The notes under the pieces were generated by a model. That model was not told where the DNA came from, did no database searches, and saw only the letters and a list, made by a program, of their open reading frames with translations. Source: Euprymna scolopes (taxonomy: Eukaryota). Taken from it: a DNA stretch of 64,000 nt. Position 1 is the first letter of the stretch. The number at the start of each line of letters is the position of its first letter. The stretch lies in NCBI GenBank assembly GCA_053919585.1, contig CM132825.1. One strand, given 5' to 3'. Shown piece by piece: positions 1 through 13,748 of this stretch. Made by a program: the position numbers and the translations under genes.

Positions 1-127
1 TGGTTAAATTGAATTTTCCCTTGTATTTATTTGTTTAAAGTAAGATTTTAAACATTGCTACAAAATCAATTAAATAAAAAAAAAATTGTTCTTAATTTGA
101 CTTTTTTAAAAAATTTTATTTTGCCAG

Positions 128-437
128 GTACTACAACAAATTTGCCACCTGTCCTGACCAATTCTCCCGCCAACAGTGCAGTTAGTACTTCTAACGCAAG
201 TTCTACCGTACCTACAGCGACTGCTACTGGTACAGTTACAACCACCACAGTTACAACAGTCTCAACTACGCCCACTGCTACGGACAGTTTACCTGGAACA
301 TCTACCATCACTTCACTAATGTCACCAAAACATTCACTGACATCTCTAACGATGTCAACAAAGAGTGCTGCAGATATGAAAACACCATTAGCTCAAAGTT
401 CTCACATGATTAAAAGTGCTCTTTTATCCCCAACAGT
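128..437 (+). CDS. dom: domino exon 1 in window (Thr/Ser-rich N-terminal region)
   Basis: cag|GT acceptor at 127, gtaagt donor at 438; phase 1 to phase 2, joins next exon in frame. Confidence 0.8.
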
Positions 438-1503
438 GTAAGTTTATAATTTAGAAAAATTGTATTTCAAATAAAGTTTCTTATATAAGGCAGGCAAACT
501 TTAAAAAAAAAAAAATTTATAGCTATATTTATTTGCAAAAATCATTTATTTTCCATAGTTGCAAAAGTATTTAGAAAAGATGATTTGCATATGCTACTGT
601 TTAGACCTCCCCCCCCTTCTTTTCCTTCACGGTACGGATTGAAGCCTGCTGCCTACTACCACTTTTTTTTTCTTGCTCAACCAACACCCTTACACACACC
701 TCCACTTTTTTTCCCCGCCTTCGTGTCACCGGTTTGAGCCTGCCTACCTACCTACTACAACCTTTTTTTTTTTATTTTTTTTTGCTCCACACCTCTTCAA
801 ACACTCAGGCAACGCTGAGCACCCAGGCTTTTATGCCTATAAAAGAAAGCGAGCTGCAAGTTAGAAATTTTCAAATGTATTTAGGAGAGCATCTTGATAA
901 TAAGCAGTCACAGTATCCATAAACTTTGTCAATGGCCACGAACTGGTGACTTATCAAATAGAATTCATTGGTTTTGTCAGTTACCTTTATTATTTACCTT
1001 GGGGGGGTACCCTTGTGTTCAATAAGTGCCACACCTCTACATGAAACTCGACTTTGTGTCATTTCTAAAACAAATGCTTTTATTTAATTCTGATAGCGCT
1101 CGACACTGGATTAGCAATTATATAGATCCTTAATTTCCTATATGACACAAGCCCTTGTCTAGCTATCACAATTGCAAAGAACATCTGTATACCTAAAACC
1201 AAATGGAGCTTCCATGAATAAAGTTTCTTTCCAAGAACTCCATATCACAGAACTGCTTTCCTGCTGACTACGGCAGTTGTCTTCAAGTTCAATGTCATAA
1301 ATACTGGTTGAACAATCCTCTGAAGTGAAATCCTTCCTTTTCCACATATTGTATCCAAAGTGTCTATAGTTTACAAACATAAGCAACTTTATTTGATGAA
1401 ATTAGTTTAGTTGTATAAAAGATCTGTTGTATTAAAATATATGTAAATGTGTTTTTGTTTCTTTTTTCTGGTCTTATAAATATTCACCTTTTTTTTTCTC
1501 CAG

Positions 1504-1825
1504 TGGCTCTCAGTGTCCTAGAACATCTAAATCTCCGACATCTCCAGCTCACAGGCTGAATACTCGACAACAAGCGATATCAGCTGTGTACGACAGTGCG
1601 ATAGGTTCACAAGAAGCTATTGTGGAAAGAGCCAAACAGGAAGCTCAAGTCATGCACAGAGTGGCGGAACTCAGGAAGGATGGATTGTGGTCTGCCCGCC
1701 GCTTACCAAAAGTACAAGAACCAACTCGAAACAAGGCACATTGGGATTATTTATTAGAAGAGATGCAGTGGTTGGCAGCAGATTTTGCTCAAGAGAGAAA
1801 GTGGAAGAAAGCTGCTGCACGAAAA
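1504..1825 (+). CDS. dom: domino exon 2 (start of HSA domain: GLWSARRLPKVQEPTRNKAHWDYLLEEMQWLAADFAQERKWK)
   Basis: polypyrimidine tract + cag, AAA|gtaag; SRCAP/EP400 HSA signature. Confidence 0.95.
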
Positions 1826-1863
1826 GTAAGTATAAACATTTGATGAATGTTAAGACAGGTTTA

Positions 1864-2192
1864 CCGTATACACTTGTGTATAAGTAGAATTTCTGGGAGA
1901 TAATTTTAAGGTTATTTGGGTGGGGGAGGGGTCTTATTGGTAAAGTTTTTGGAAATGTTAAAAAGCGGTTCGGCACTAGATCATAATATAGAAAACCCCA
2001 TTTTGTTGGTGCATTCAGTATATACCAGTAATCCTAGTAATTTATCGCATTTCTTCCAAACCCAACTACAGCGTGTTTGCCAGCATGTAAGCACATGTGC
2101 AGTTTTTCAGTGGGAGGCTTAATAATTGAAATAGTTCTCAAAATGTTCACTCTCTAGATGTAGCTATAGGCCTAAGTTCAATTTGATATGGT

Positions 2193-2229
<37 letters not shown>

Positions 2230-2724
2230 GGTTAGGAAATGTAGGGTTTATATATTGTTTTCCCCTAAGTTCAACAAGTTTTAACAATTTAATGGCACTT
2301 AACACATGCGTTCACACTGTTACAATATATTATGGCTCGTGCAATGTATGCATTTACGCTATGGTATATGATATAAATTATGTCTAAAAATAGTAACTGC
2401 GCCTGGAATCTACAGCATGTCATTGATCAGAATTTCTAATTAGCAACATTTGCGTTCGTTGCATGTAAGTGTGCAGCAGATTGGTTCTATATATGAAAAT
2501 CAAGTAGACCACACTTGCGTAAATGCATGTATCGCTTGCGGATGCTGAGAAATAATTTGTCTTTCAAAAAAAAAAAAAAACACCAAAAAGAAAATTGTGT
2601 TAGAAATAGTTAGATGAACCATTTAATTTGTCTATAATCTAGTCGACTTAGACACAGGTAATACCTAAAATGAAACAATTTTTGGTCTTAAAATGCACAT
2701 CGACTTATACACAAGTATATACAG
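1864..2724. mobile_element. Non-autonomous Tc1/mariner-superfamily (Tc2/pogo-like) DNA transposon relic
   Basis: Terminal inverted repeats ccgtatacacttgtgtataagt / acttatacacaagtatatacag (2 mismatches), TA on the left flank. Confidence 0.6.
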
Positions 2725-4148
2725 TTTATATTTTATTTTTTTTTATCTTTGGTCATTTTATATTTTAATCAATTTTGTTTTCCCATTAAATGGGAAAACT
2801 ATTTCATAGAATATATAAGAATACACAAATCAAATTCCCTTAAATCTTTCTTTCAATTTTTTTTATTTTGTTCTAGCTGGTAGGATTCCAGACATTCATC
2901 TATCTGACACATATTTCCACCTAGAGATTTTTTAAAACTTCTAACTGTCCCTTTAAATGCAATTGTTTGTAGTTCTTGTACTTGGTTCACTGGGTATATT
3001 TGCTAGGTAGTTTTAAAAAAAAAAAAAAAATTTTTGAGTCAAGTTCCTGAAGATCTTACTAAGATTTTAGTTTCTTTTCATGTTCTACATTAAAACCTTG
3101 GTATTTCATTATTTTTTTTTGGCCTCTGCTTTGTTTATCCCAGTGTCATTGGTGCTAACTTGTACTAAGGTTGCTTCTTTCTTATCTATATCCACTATGC
3201 CAGGTTTACTTCCAAATCTTGTAAATTCATAATTTTTTCATTTAATAAAATGTCTCTAGATTGATAGTGTTTCTAACTAAGCAATTTTATCTATAAATTC
3301 ATTACAATTAAATAAAAAAAAAAAAAAATACCTAATTTTGTGGTGGATTACATTTTTACTGAAAATTAGTAACTCCTGAGACCATTTTTCAGCAGATGAA
3401 AAGCTGTAATTTTTTTTTTTTTTTAAACTTATTTTCTTTATATAAAGTATGTTTTAATAAATATGCTTGATTTTTTTCTAAGGCCACAATTACAATTAAT
3501 AGTAGGCAAAATTTAAACAAGATTCTCAGAATTTCTTTGTAGAGTTTAGATATCCCATGCACACCTGTGAAAATTGAAGTATTTTAATGAAATCATAACA
3601 CTGGTATTCCTGAAAATTCTGTTTCTTTGGAACATTTTAAAGAATTGTCACAGCGATAAAATTTGGCATAAACCCTTTCCCTTATTTGAAAGTATTATTT
3701 CCAATTTACAATAATGACACAAGATTTCACAAATTTTAATTTCTTTGGATAGACTAAGTCAGTTAATGCGCTAAGACTTTCAATCCACTTTTTGAGTTAA
3801 AATATTTTTGCTATATATCAAATTTTAACCACAGGTAGAGATATTGATATTCCAACAGTTTCATTTTCTTTGGGTACCATACAAATTTCTTTTAATGGAC
3901 GTATATCTCATAAAAAAAAAAAAATAAAAAAAAGATTCAGAAAGAAATATATTTACCAAAAGCTATTTAAAGCTGAAGTTGTGAAAGACTTGGTTGTTAT
4001 AGATTAGAAAACACCTTTGTGCACCTTAATTTTGATATATTCCATTTACCATGTTGAAATGTAGGGTGAATTTGTGAATGTTACTTTTGAGGAAGAAATT
4101 CATAAGTTTAATGACTTTTATAATGATTTCTATGCTTTTCTGTTGCAG

Positions 4149-4289
4149 TTGTCTCGAATGGTTGCTAAATATCACCAAGAGCAAGAACAAAAAGAACAAA
4201 GAGCAGTAAAAGAAGAAGCCCAAAAACTGAAGAGAATTGCTGGTCAGATAGCAAAGCAGGTGAAAGAGTTCTGGGCAAATATTGAAAAG
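4149..4289 (+). CDS. dom: domino exon 3 (HSA: LSRMVAKYHQ...FWANIEK)
   Basis: gcag acceptor, AAG|gtgaat donor, phase 0/0. Confidence 0.93.
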
Positions 4290-4426
4290 GTGAATATACA
4301 TACACTCTCTAAAATTCCAGCTTATTAGAGGTTGTCCCAAATTCCTCCTATATTTAAAAACAAAAATACAGTAACATGTTTATGATGTATGTACCAACAA
4401 ACAAATAATCATATTCCAAATCAAGT

Positions 4427-4467
<41 letters not shown>

Positions 4468-4642
4468 TAGTTTTATATATTAATAATTTCCAAACACAAA
4501 CATCTTGAGGTATTCATAATTTGCATATTTTTAAACAGTTTCTAATGAATTAATATTATTTAATATACGTTTGTAATTTGCATTGTCATGTTTTCTTTTT
4601 AAGATTTTATTTTATTTTTTTTCTATTTCAATTTTTTTCTAG

Positions 4643-4850
4643 GTTGTTCAATATAAACAGCAGACACGACTAGAAGAGAAACGGAGAAAATCTCTAGATC
4701 TTCATTTAAACTTCATTGTCGACCAAACAGAAAAATATTCATCTTGGTTAACAGAAGGACTAACAAAGTCTGGTCGGGGAAATAGTGTTTCTTCCTCTGT
4801 TGTTGGATCTATATCAAGTACTCCCGAACATTCCAGCGCCAGTGGTGATG
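4643..4850 (+). CDS. dom: domino exon 4 (VVQYKQQTRLEEKRRKSLDLHLNFIVDQTEKYSSWL)
   Basis: ttctag acceptor, G|gtaagt donor; conserved post-HSA motif. Confidence 0.93.
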
Positions 4851-5334
4851 GTAAGTAAAATATTTTATATCTTTCTAGGTATGTACATTAGATATTAGGA
4901 AAGAGTTTTGAATATATTCTATTAGCTTTATTTAAAAAAAAAAAAATATTCACTTTAATGTCTGTTTTAAATGTTGGTATGCATGGATGTTTTTTTTAAG
5001 TCCTCTTTTATTTCCTTCCATGTTTTCCTTAATATTTTTCTGTGAACTGAACCTGCTATATATCATCACACTGCATACACGTTTTCTGGCTTGACTGATA
5101 ATGCTCAAAAGTAAGGCTTAAAAACTTGTTTTAGTACTTTAAATTATTAATTGCAATAAATTGATAAAAAAATTACATTACTTTATGGAAGCAATTACCA
5201 GATTATGCTTCAATTTTTAATACCGAAGCCAGAGTTCTAACTTAGCTCTAAACCTCATTATTTACCTTGTCCATGATAAATTTATGATATTCTCAGATTC
5301 CTGATTAGTACTTGAATCCTTAAAAAACTAAAAC

Positions 5335-5830
5335 TTAAATAACCCACTAACCGTCAATCTACTACAAAGAAAAAATACCCCCCCCCCCCCCAAAAAAAAA
5401 AAAATTAATAAAAACATCAAATACTGCTGAATCCAGTCATTTTGGATTTCAAGGAAATGAAGACTGACATGGTCGCCAAAAACTTGCTGAAACTTAATAA
5501 GTAATATGAAAATCCCAACACAGACTACAAACCACTTAATATCATTATGAAGAAATGGCAATACGATTGGAACACTTATAAAAACAAATTCTTTAAAAAT
5601 AATCCCATACTTAATGAAACCCAGTGTCCAGAAAGTCACGCAAAGAGGAAATGATTTTGTTCTATTTTTGCATAGGACATGCACACACAACTCATTCCTC
5701 CCTTATGGAAAATGAACCCCCTAATGCTTGGCATCCCAAGAACACTTCACTTGTAAAGCACTTTTAAATTGTGGCAATCTCACATATATTTGTCAAAATT
5801 TTTTATGTCAACAATATGAAAGAACTATTT
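5335..5830 (+). mobile_element. Degenerate non-LTR retrotransposon 3' fragment (RNase H plus C-terminal region, I-group-like)
   Basis: Frameshifted translation resembling W-I-P-S-H-x-G-x-x-G-N-E-x-A-D-x-x-A-K (SHFGFQGNE..DMVAK) and R-I-G-H-T-x-x-T-H (CIGHAHTTHS). Confidence 0.55.
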
Positions 5831-6554
5831 TAAAAAATTAACCCTAACACTTTTCATTAAAAAAGCAAATCTGTACAAGAAAATATAATCCTAACCTAAC
5901 CTGACTCAATTTGATAAATTACTCAAAGAACCTGACATGACCCAACAAATAAATTGAAGAACCTAACTTGCTTTAAGAAAAAGTTCTAATTCAATAAATG
6001 GTTTGGCATTAAATGACTCACAGTGGTGTTAATGTGCCATAAAATGCCAATAAACCAAACATAAAATGATTTTTAAGGTTTTTTTTTTTTTTAAATATTT
6101 AAAAAAAAAAATGTCAAGTTTCAAATTTTATTTAATCAAAAGTTTATGGAAATTTTGCATATGAGGACAAAAATAATTTAATGTTTTTATTTGAACACAT
6201 TAATTTAATAGTAATCTATTTTTAATAAATATAATTGCATTTCTGATTCAAATGGCGAGAACCTAAAGTTCCTTTGGTTTGGAGGCCCTAATTTGGGAGC
6301 TTTGAGAATGATCGCCACTTGGTTACCAGTATGCTTAGGTTTGTTATTAGTTCAAAATTTATTTAGCTTTAATTGGATATTTTATTTATACATATATATA
6401 TATATATTATATACATTAGTTTTTGTACAATTATATAATCCTCCCAGCTTAGCCAAAATATGCAACAGGAGGGAGCATGTGTTTTCTCATTTGTATTTGT
6501 ATTCTCTGGACTACTGTTCTCATTTTTTTAATGTCATTTTCTTTAATCTTGTAG

Positions 6555-6634
6555 ATGACTTTGAACCTGATCAGAGTGAAACCGATGATGAAGAAACTAT
6601 TGATCGAGAAGAGAGAGAAACTGGAAATAATGAA
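6555..6634 (+). CDS. dom: domino exon 5 (acidic, DDEETID)
   Basis: gtag acceptor, GAA|gtgaga donor, phase 1 to 0. Confidence 0.85.
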
Positions 6635-7535
6635 GTGAGATTACTTTTCAATTTTGCTTACATATTTACTTATTTTAATTTTTTTAATTAAAAAAAAATA
6701 ACAAATGTGTAAGATGTAGGCTCTTAAATCACACTTGGAGTTATCTCTTTGTAATTTTGGTGATGAGAAAGGTAAGAGAGTGATAGGCATGCAATTTTGA
6801 GCTTTTTAATAATGCATAAAACAACAATGCCTATCAATATGAGCTCGTTTAAATGTCAAACATGTAATATCTTAATTGTTTTATCATTCCAGATATAATT
6901 TTATTTTTTTCTTATTTACATAATCAGATAGCAATTCACTTTTTAATTTCTTAATTTTTTCAAAAAAATTAAAGATAATAGTTAATTAAATATATTATTC
7001 ATAAGAATTAACTAACTTTCAATTACATTTACACTACGACATTGAGTAATAAGACAAAGTATGTTTACTGAAGTGGGATTAAAATCTATTTTTAGTGAAC
7101 AGTAATACTATGGTATGTTACAATTTCTAAATTATATTGATACAACTTGTTGTTGCTTAGGGTCTGTTAATTTCAGTTCTTTTAAACTTTTGACTGAAAG
7201 AGTAAGTGACAAGCAGCTATTTTTTTTTTTTTTTTTTCCTGTGAAAATATCACTTCAAACTTTTATTGCATTTTGTGTGTGTGTGTGTGTTTTAAAATAA
7301 TTTTCTGACTTCCTACTTTTTACTTTTGACTGGAGTCAGTGTGAGTGCATTTAAAGAAATTCTCGAATTCGTCAAGAGTAGTAAGATTTTCAGAAGTGTT
7401 TTACGACAATAAGTTTTTCAGGTGATTCTGGCAGATGGACAGATTTTTCATTAGTTGAATGGTATTTTAAAAATTTTTGTTTCTAACTGTTTATTAAACT
7501 TAATAATCTAATGTGATTTTTTCTTCCCCCTCCAG

Positions 7536-7691
7536 ACAAATGTTCAAGATGAAATAGCATTATTAAAAGAAGAGAGTAGCGTTCCATTGGAAGAATTGTT
7601 AAAAATGTTACCTGATAACATCCTGGAACAAAGACATGCAGAAGAAAATAAGTATATTGAATCTGCAATAGCAGAGATGTCTGAATATGAG
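7536..7691 (+). CDS. dom: domino exon 6 (EIALLKEESSVPLEELL)
   Basis: ccag acceptor, GAG|gtaaag donor, phase 0/0; motif typical of the SRCAP/domino acidic linker. Confidence 0.88.
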
Positions 7692-7744
7692 GTAAAGAAA
7701 ATTTCTTTTTTTTTTTTTTTTTTTTTAATATATATATAGGCATA

Positions 7745-8285
7745 ACCACTTATCAAGGCCGATAGACCACTCAAGGATAAGGGTTAAAGATTGTGCAGTA
7801 GTCAAAAGGACAATATAGTAATCGATAGTAATGGCAGTTCGGTAAATTTGTTAACTTAAGTGGAACGGCTCATCAGAAACTTGTTCATGTTGGACTTGAA
7901 GACAACCATATTATAGACAGCTGGAAAGCAGGAAAACGGAAGAAGACAATTCCACAGGTGTGCAGTTCTAAGAAAGAAGCTTTGATCATGGAATCTATGT
8001 TTAGGTTTAGGCACAGATAAAGAGTGGGGGTAATTATTGAGTGTTTTCAGCTAGTCTAGTGTTTCTTATGAAAGTTTGGTGAGGGGGAACCATAGATTGA
8101 AGCTCAGTTGAACACTTCCCATGAAAATAACGATAAATCAGAGAAAAACTCGCAACATCTCTTCTGTAAGATAGAGGTTGTAGAGAAGAGAAAAGGACAT
8201 CTCACACCAGGCCACAAAGTCTATTTTGAACCCTATTAAGGCAGGACAAGTCTTTTCTAGTAGCTTCTGCCCATATGGGGGGAAA
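7745..8285 (-). mobile_element. LINE 3' fragment (CR1/L2-group-like ORF2 C-terminus plus tail)
   Basis: Clear similarity to 63055-63500 and to the tail at 27048; minus strand encodes SFFLRTAHLWN-type motif. Confidence 0.7.
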
Positions 8286-8362
8286 TGGGTCACTGTGACC
8301 TATTTAACCCCCAAATAGCTTAATGAAAAAGTACTTTATATAGTGATTTTAATTTAATACAC

Positions 8363-8540
8363 TAGAACCCTAGGATGCAGCGTTAAAAATGTAATAAAAT
8401 ACAATATAGTATATAATACACATGTATATAATCAACATAACACAGTAAGGCAGTGCAAATACTGTGTAACCAGAGGCTGGAAAAACATTGTATTCCACAC
8501 TGTAATCTAAAAAAATAAAAAAACATATCCTGGGGTTCTA
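8363..8540. mobile_element. Small MITE-like element
   Basis: 14-bp inverted ends tagaaccctaggat / atcctggggttcta (1 mismatch). Confidence 0.35.
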
Positions 8541-9719
8541 CTTTTTAAATATCAATAATTATATTATTCACTTTTCTATCTAATTTCATTGTGGTGTGAA
8601 AAAGTTGCAACACCATCATCACCATCATCAACCATAGCAAGTCCAATTCCTTGCAGTTGGGAGCCTGGAACAGACTATTTTTAGTTGGTCAGGTTGTTTG
8701 GTTCAGATACTTGTTATTTTGTTCAGTTTTGTCTCCAGCTGGATAAGAATTGGTCAGAAGTACAGTCAAAGGTTGAATTGTCTGGGAACTTTTATTCAAA
8801 GCAAACGTTCTTCAAAAAGTAGAGTTCCTCTCCTTTACTGCTGATTGTATTATCCCTGCTTGCAAACTGCTTAAAGATTTTCACATGTTTTCTCCTGTTG
8901 CTTCTTTGGAAGAAAGGAAAACCGTGTTTAAACTCGTCCGTACTCAATACCTGAGGGAGGAAGGCATCAGAAGTGCCGGCAGTTTGTAGACCTGCTGAAA
9001 GATTGACTGTTCTGGGTCTCACTTTGTTACAAGATAATCTATCGGTCCCTGCAGTTGAGAAAGCCTTTCCTAACCTCACAACACTCTTTGGTCTGGGGAC
9101 TGGAGCCCTTGTATGGCCTACAAAGAAATTATAGGGAATTAGTAGTAGATACTGCTTCATATCTGATTGGATAGTGTCTGTAATTGTTGGAGATCGGCTC
9201 TCAATGGAGTTGGGTGCAGTTTAGTTATCTAAACAATTTTAAATATTTTCTGCTTGGTGACTGGTTTAGAATGCACTACCCCTTGATGTCTAATTATGCA
9301 GATTGACTAAGGAAGAACCCTTATTCCAATGCTGTGAGGAGAAATGGATGAGCATGCCTATTTGACTTGCAGCAAAGTGTCTGGGAGTATGTCAGGGTGA
9401 CAGTTCTTATCAATGCTGAATAGCCGGTGATCCTTGATGTAGCATTCATCCTCAGAAACAACCTGCTGTGGTCTAGGGAGAAAGGTTAATGTAAAGTGCT
9501 TAGTCGCCTCCCTACATACATTTGCACACTTCCTAAATATGTCAAACCATAGGGTTGAAAAGAATTTGTCAAATTCTTGTCTTTCCTAGCATTCTCAATG
9601 TGTATATAAACTGATCTGTTGTGCATGAATTTGAAGATGTAAATTTTAGTCTTGTGTTGGGAAACATTGCAACACTTTTTTCTCCCCGATCCAGAAAGGT
9701 TGTTGGTTTGTGATATTAA

Positions 9720-9870
9720 AAATTAGATGTATTATTCTTATTTGGATTCTTTGGACTACTGTTCTCATCTTGAGTGTTATTTTCACATTTTGGTAGATAT
9801 AACCTCCAACCTTCTTGTTGATCTCTGAAATCTGCATAGAATTTCAAACAGAATCCTTAATTTACTTCAC
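9720..9870 (-). repeat. Dispersed repeat, inverted copy of 19320-19455 (Penelope-like terminal repeat candidate)
   Basis: Reverse complement shares aaattcta..agatt..gag.tcaacaaga..gaaggttggaggtta.atc.accaaaa with 19325-19400. Confidence 0.5.
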
Positions 9871-10152
9871 TAGGGTAACATGCTCTCTTTCCGTCAGCCG
9901 TGATTGAATAGAGGTCCTAAGTAATTTGCAATTGTTTTTCAGTCATGCACACTGAGAATTCAACCTTCAGGAGAATACTACTTTATAATAGTTTTTCCAG
10001 ATACTCTAGTCACTGCATCACGGATTAAAAAAAACAAAAAAAAACAAAAGTAAAATCAGAAACATTAGACGTTTATTTAATTTTTTTTGTAATATTTAAA
10101 TAACGTTTTCACTTACATGTTAAAGTTTATAATACTTCATTTATTTCCTTAG

Positions 10153-10285
10153 AACAAAATAAGCGACGAAGAATTTCAGACAGATGATCAGGAGGAGGAA
10201 GATGTGGAAGATACAATTGAAGAACAAGAAATGCATGAAAACAAAGAAGATCATGCGGAAGAATTATCAGAATTGCAAAAAGAAA
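10153..10285 (+). CDS. dom: domino exon 7 (acidic, EDTIEEQE)
   Basis: ttag acceptor, A|gtaagt donor, phase 0 to 1. Confidence 0.87.
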
Positions 10286-10738
10286 GTAAGTTTATTTTTT
10301 ATTCATGAATTTTTTGCCTGAAACTTGTATAAACTGTTAAATCTTGAAAGTTTTTTCCTTAGGTGACTATAAACAACGTTGAGTTAAAAGTTTATTTCAT
10401 TGAAGAAAGTTTACCTGTACCCTTCTATCATGTTGGCCAATTTTAAAGAGAAAATAAGTGAATTTTGAAAAATTAATTTTCTGAAATTCCAAGCTTTCCG
10501 TCAGTTATTAGTTTTGTCATCACTAAAGTCTTAAGGAATTTAGGTAAAAATGACTTTGTACAAAATTTTACAAGTGGATGAATAGGAAAAATAACACAGA
10601 AAATAAATCTCACAAGTTTATCAAAATCTTGGATATATAAACGTTTTGAAAAAGTTGTCTCCCCCCCCCTCTTTCTCCCTCCCCCTCTCTTTCTCATTTA
10701 GATTTGAAATCTTTACATTTTCATCTTTGAATTTTTAG

Positions 10739-10870
10739 GTGAAATGTCTATGGAAGAACTTGTAAAGAAATATGAAGGTGCTTACAGCAGTGATTTTGAA
10801 ATGGCTAAAGAAGAATCTGCTGCTACAAGTGATGATGATACAGAAGAATATGCTGATAGATCTGAAAATG
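10739..10870 (+). CDS. dom: domino exon 8 (EMSMEELVKKY)
   Basis: tttag acceptor, G|gtttgt donor, phase 1/1. Confidence 0.85.
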
Positions 10871-11057
10871 GTTTGTTCATATTTATTTATATTACACAGA
10901 TTAAATTCCAACAAATTTTAAAATGAATGAAAAATAAAATATGGCAAATGGCCACTTCAGTATTTTTACTGTGATTCCTTTTATGGTATAGTCATTTTTA
11001 TAGCGTTTTATTATGTAAAAAAATTTTTTATTTTCATATATTTTGAATGTATTTCAG

Positions 11058-11197
11058 ATGACACGGAGGAGGAGGAGGAGGAGGAAGAAGAGGAGGAGGA
11101 GGAGGAGGAAGATGCTGCTAGTAGTAATGATGAAAATGAAGAAATTGGTTTAGAATATTTGATGCATCCAGAGATACAGGAAGGAAGTGAGACTAAG
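11058..11197 (+). CDS. dom: domino exon 9 (poly-Glu; EIGLEYLMHPE); 3' end ambiguous (GC donor at 11198 or GT donor at 11187)
   Basis: ttcag acceptor; (GAG)n-encoded poly-E; a phase-0 join to 12299 needs AAG|gcatgg. Confidence 0.75.
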
Positions 11198-11886
11198 GCA
11201 TGGAACATTTTTTTTATTTATTTAAAGAAAATCTAAATGTTAAAAACATCTCTTAAAATAGCTTAATTTTCTTGATTCATTTATTGAAATTGCTATTCAT
11301 GCGCAAAATTGGGCTGTTATGTTTCACATTAAAAAGTAAAATTATTTTATTTATCTTTCCTCAAATCAACATTGTTCATACACTTCATCACACACACACA
11401 CACGCGTGTGTAATAATCTAAGCATGTAATGAACTTGATGCTGTGCGAAAAAAACATGTCTTAGTAACATGTTTTAATTTTAGTAACTGTTCGATTATGA
11501 GAAGTTTCAGAATGGACGAACTTTGGCAATGTGTTATTTATGAATTTGAAAGATTGTTATATCTATGTGCAATTACGATGGGTGTAATCACAGTATCTGT
11601 GGAAAATGTAGATTTGGTCTGTGACAACTGGTAGAAGTGTTAGCACTAAATAGAGAGGAAAGTAGGGACTCCTTCCTCTAAAGATGTTGCGATTGTGATG
11701 GTGTTGCTCATCGGATGCAATGTAGCATTTTATTATCACGACTGAATGTATCTAAAATGGTGTTTGAAAGCTACATAAAAATATTGGCTATTAGGCTAGA
11801 TGTGTTGAATTTTTATCTGACACCTGTTTGAAACCTATTGATACTTTGGTCCAGAGGGGAATTTCTGCAGTTATTTTGTTATATAG

Positions 11887-11934
<48 letters not shown>

Positions 11935-12298
11935 TCAGTTTTGATATAAAAATGGGCTATATTTATCTGGCGTTGTCAGGATGGTGACATTGATGCATTT
12001 ACTCCTCAAAATAGTAGTCTGAATTGATACAAGAGTAAAATTAAGTTTTGGATTTCTCTTTTACTGACGACTCAGCAGACAGGAGAGATGAACTTCAATA
12101 TCAGAACAGATACTATACTTTGTTCTCAAATCGGCAAGAAACAGACATGGTTTGATAGTTTTATCAAAATACAGTAATGTAAAAAAAAAAAAACAACAAA
12201 AAAACAAACTTCAAATCAATTAATAACATGAATAACATAAATATCAAATTAATAAACACATTTTCTCAAAATATATATTCCTTAATTTTTAATTATAG

Positions 12299-12403
12299 GC
12301 TTGCTCGGCACCTAAAGGAAAAGTTCCAGGTAAAGAGATCACAGACATTGCTGCTGAAGCCTTGAGTTTACAGCCAAAAGGATATACATTGGAAACCACT
12401 CAG
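12299..12403 (+). CDS. dom: domino exon 10 (KEITDIAAEALSLQPKGYTLETTQ)
   Basis: tatag acceptor, CAG|gtaag; conserved pre-ATPase motif of SRCAP/domino. Confidence 0.9.
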
Positions 12404-12595
12404 GTAAGATGGCTATGCATTACATCTCTTAACTTTATATTTATGAGAAAAAAGTTCAACTAAGTAACTGATTTTTTTTCAATATTTTGTTTTGACAATT
12501 CATGCTAAGTTAGCCAGAATGTGGGGGTTTAACTAACTTCACTATGAATGAGATAATGCTTGAAAAGTAAAAATATTGTTAATGTCTGACATCAT

Positions 12596-12639
<44 letters not shown>

Positions 12640-12717
12640 TTTTTCTTTTTATTACATCGCAGACTTTTGCATTTATTTCTTTTAAAAATTAACATAAATT
12701 TTAAAATTTTATTTCAG

Positions 12718-12895
12718 GTGAAAGTTGCCGTCCCATTCTTGCTAAAACACCCTCTTCGTGAATATCAACACGTTGGGCTGGATTGGTTAGCCACCATGCA
12801 TGAAAAAAAACTGAATGGTATTCTTGCTGATGAAATGGGTTTGGGTAAAACTATTCAGACCATTGCATTATTAGCCCATTTGGCTTGTGACAAAG
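12718..12895 (+). CDS. dom: domino exon 11 (ATPase motif I, LREYQ...[12 protein letters not shown])
   Basis: ttcag / AAG|gtgatt; SNF2 Walker A. Confidence 0.96.
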
Positions 12896-13420
12896 GTGAT
12901 TTTTTTTTTTTTTTTTTTTTAAATACTTTCAGTTGTTAAAGGATAAATTCAAACTTTTATTCTTGCAAATGCTTTGTAGATTTAAAATAATTAAGTTCAA
13001 GCACAACATCTTAATTATATTAAAGAACAAATGCATAAATCAAATAAAAAAATTCTTAACCAGTGTTACTAGTAAAATACCATTTCTAAAATGTCTATTT
13101 TTCAATCTTGCGTTGTATATATCAATCAAGATTTCTAGTCTGTAATACTGAATTTGGGAAATGGGGTGGGACATTGAGATAACATACAGTACCAATGTAA
13201 ATTTTAGGAGACAAAATAAATTAAATATTAAATTGGCCCATTTTGTTATTCTAATTTCACCAGCTTTTAATTTTTTTTTTTTTCTAATAGTTTATTTTCT
13301 GTAATTGTCACATTTAATTGTAATTTACCTGTGTGGTAATAAATCTTAAAGTAGATATGTTAGTACATGCAACTATTTAGAAATTTATTACTAATTTTTA
13401 TGTTTGATAGCATAGTATTA

Positions 13421-13560
13421 TCCTAGCTACTTTTTTTATATCTATAAATCCCAGCTACTTTTTTTATGTCTATAAATCCCAGCTACTTTTTTTATGTCTA
13501 TAAATCCCAGCTACTTTTTTTATGTCTATAAATCCCAGCTACTTTTTTTTATGTCTATAA
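13421..13560. repeat. 28-bp minisatellite, ~5 copies
   Basis: Unit ccagctactttttttatgtctataaatc. Confidence 0.9.
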
Positions 13561-13748
13561 AGGTGTGGGGGAAGGAACATAAAGTGATTTCAGAATGAGG
13601 TTGGAAAATACATGAATACGATTGAGAAAATCTGACCTATACCATGTTTTGTTGATCAAATTATTTTTATCATATCTGTCTATATCTTTAGCTTAATTTT
13701 TTTTTTTTTTTAATCTCTAATGAAAGTTTTTTTTGTTTGTACTTTTAG

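Noticed and set aside
8640-9640. GC-richer intronic block including ORF 8792-9160
   Set aside because: Probably a decayed mobile element, but I could not recognise any motif
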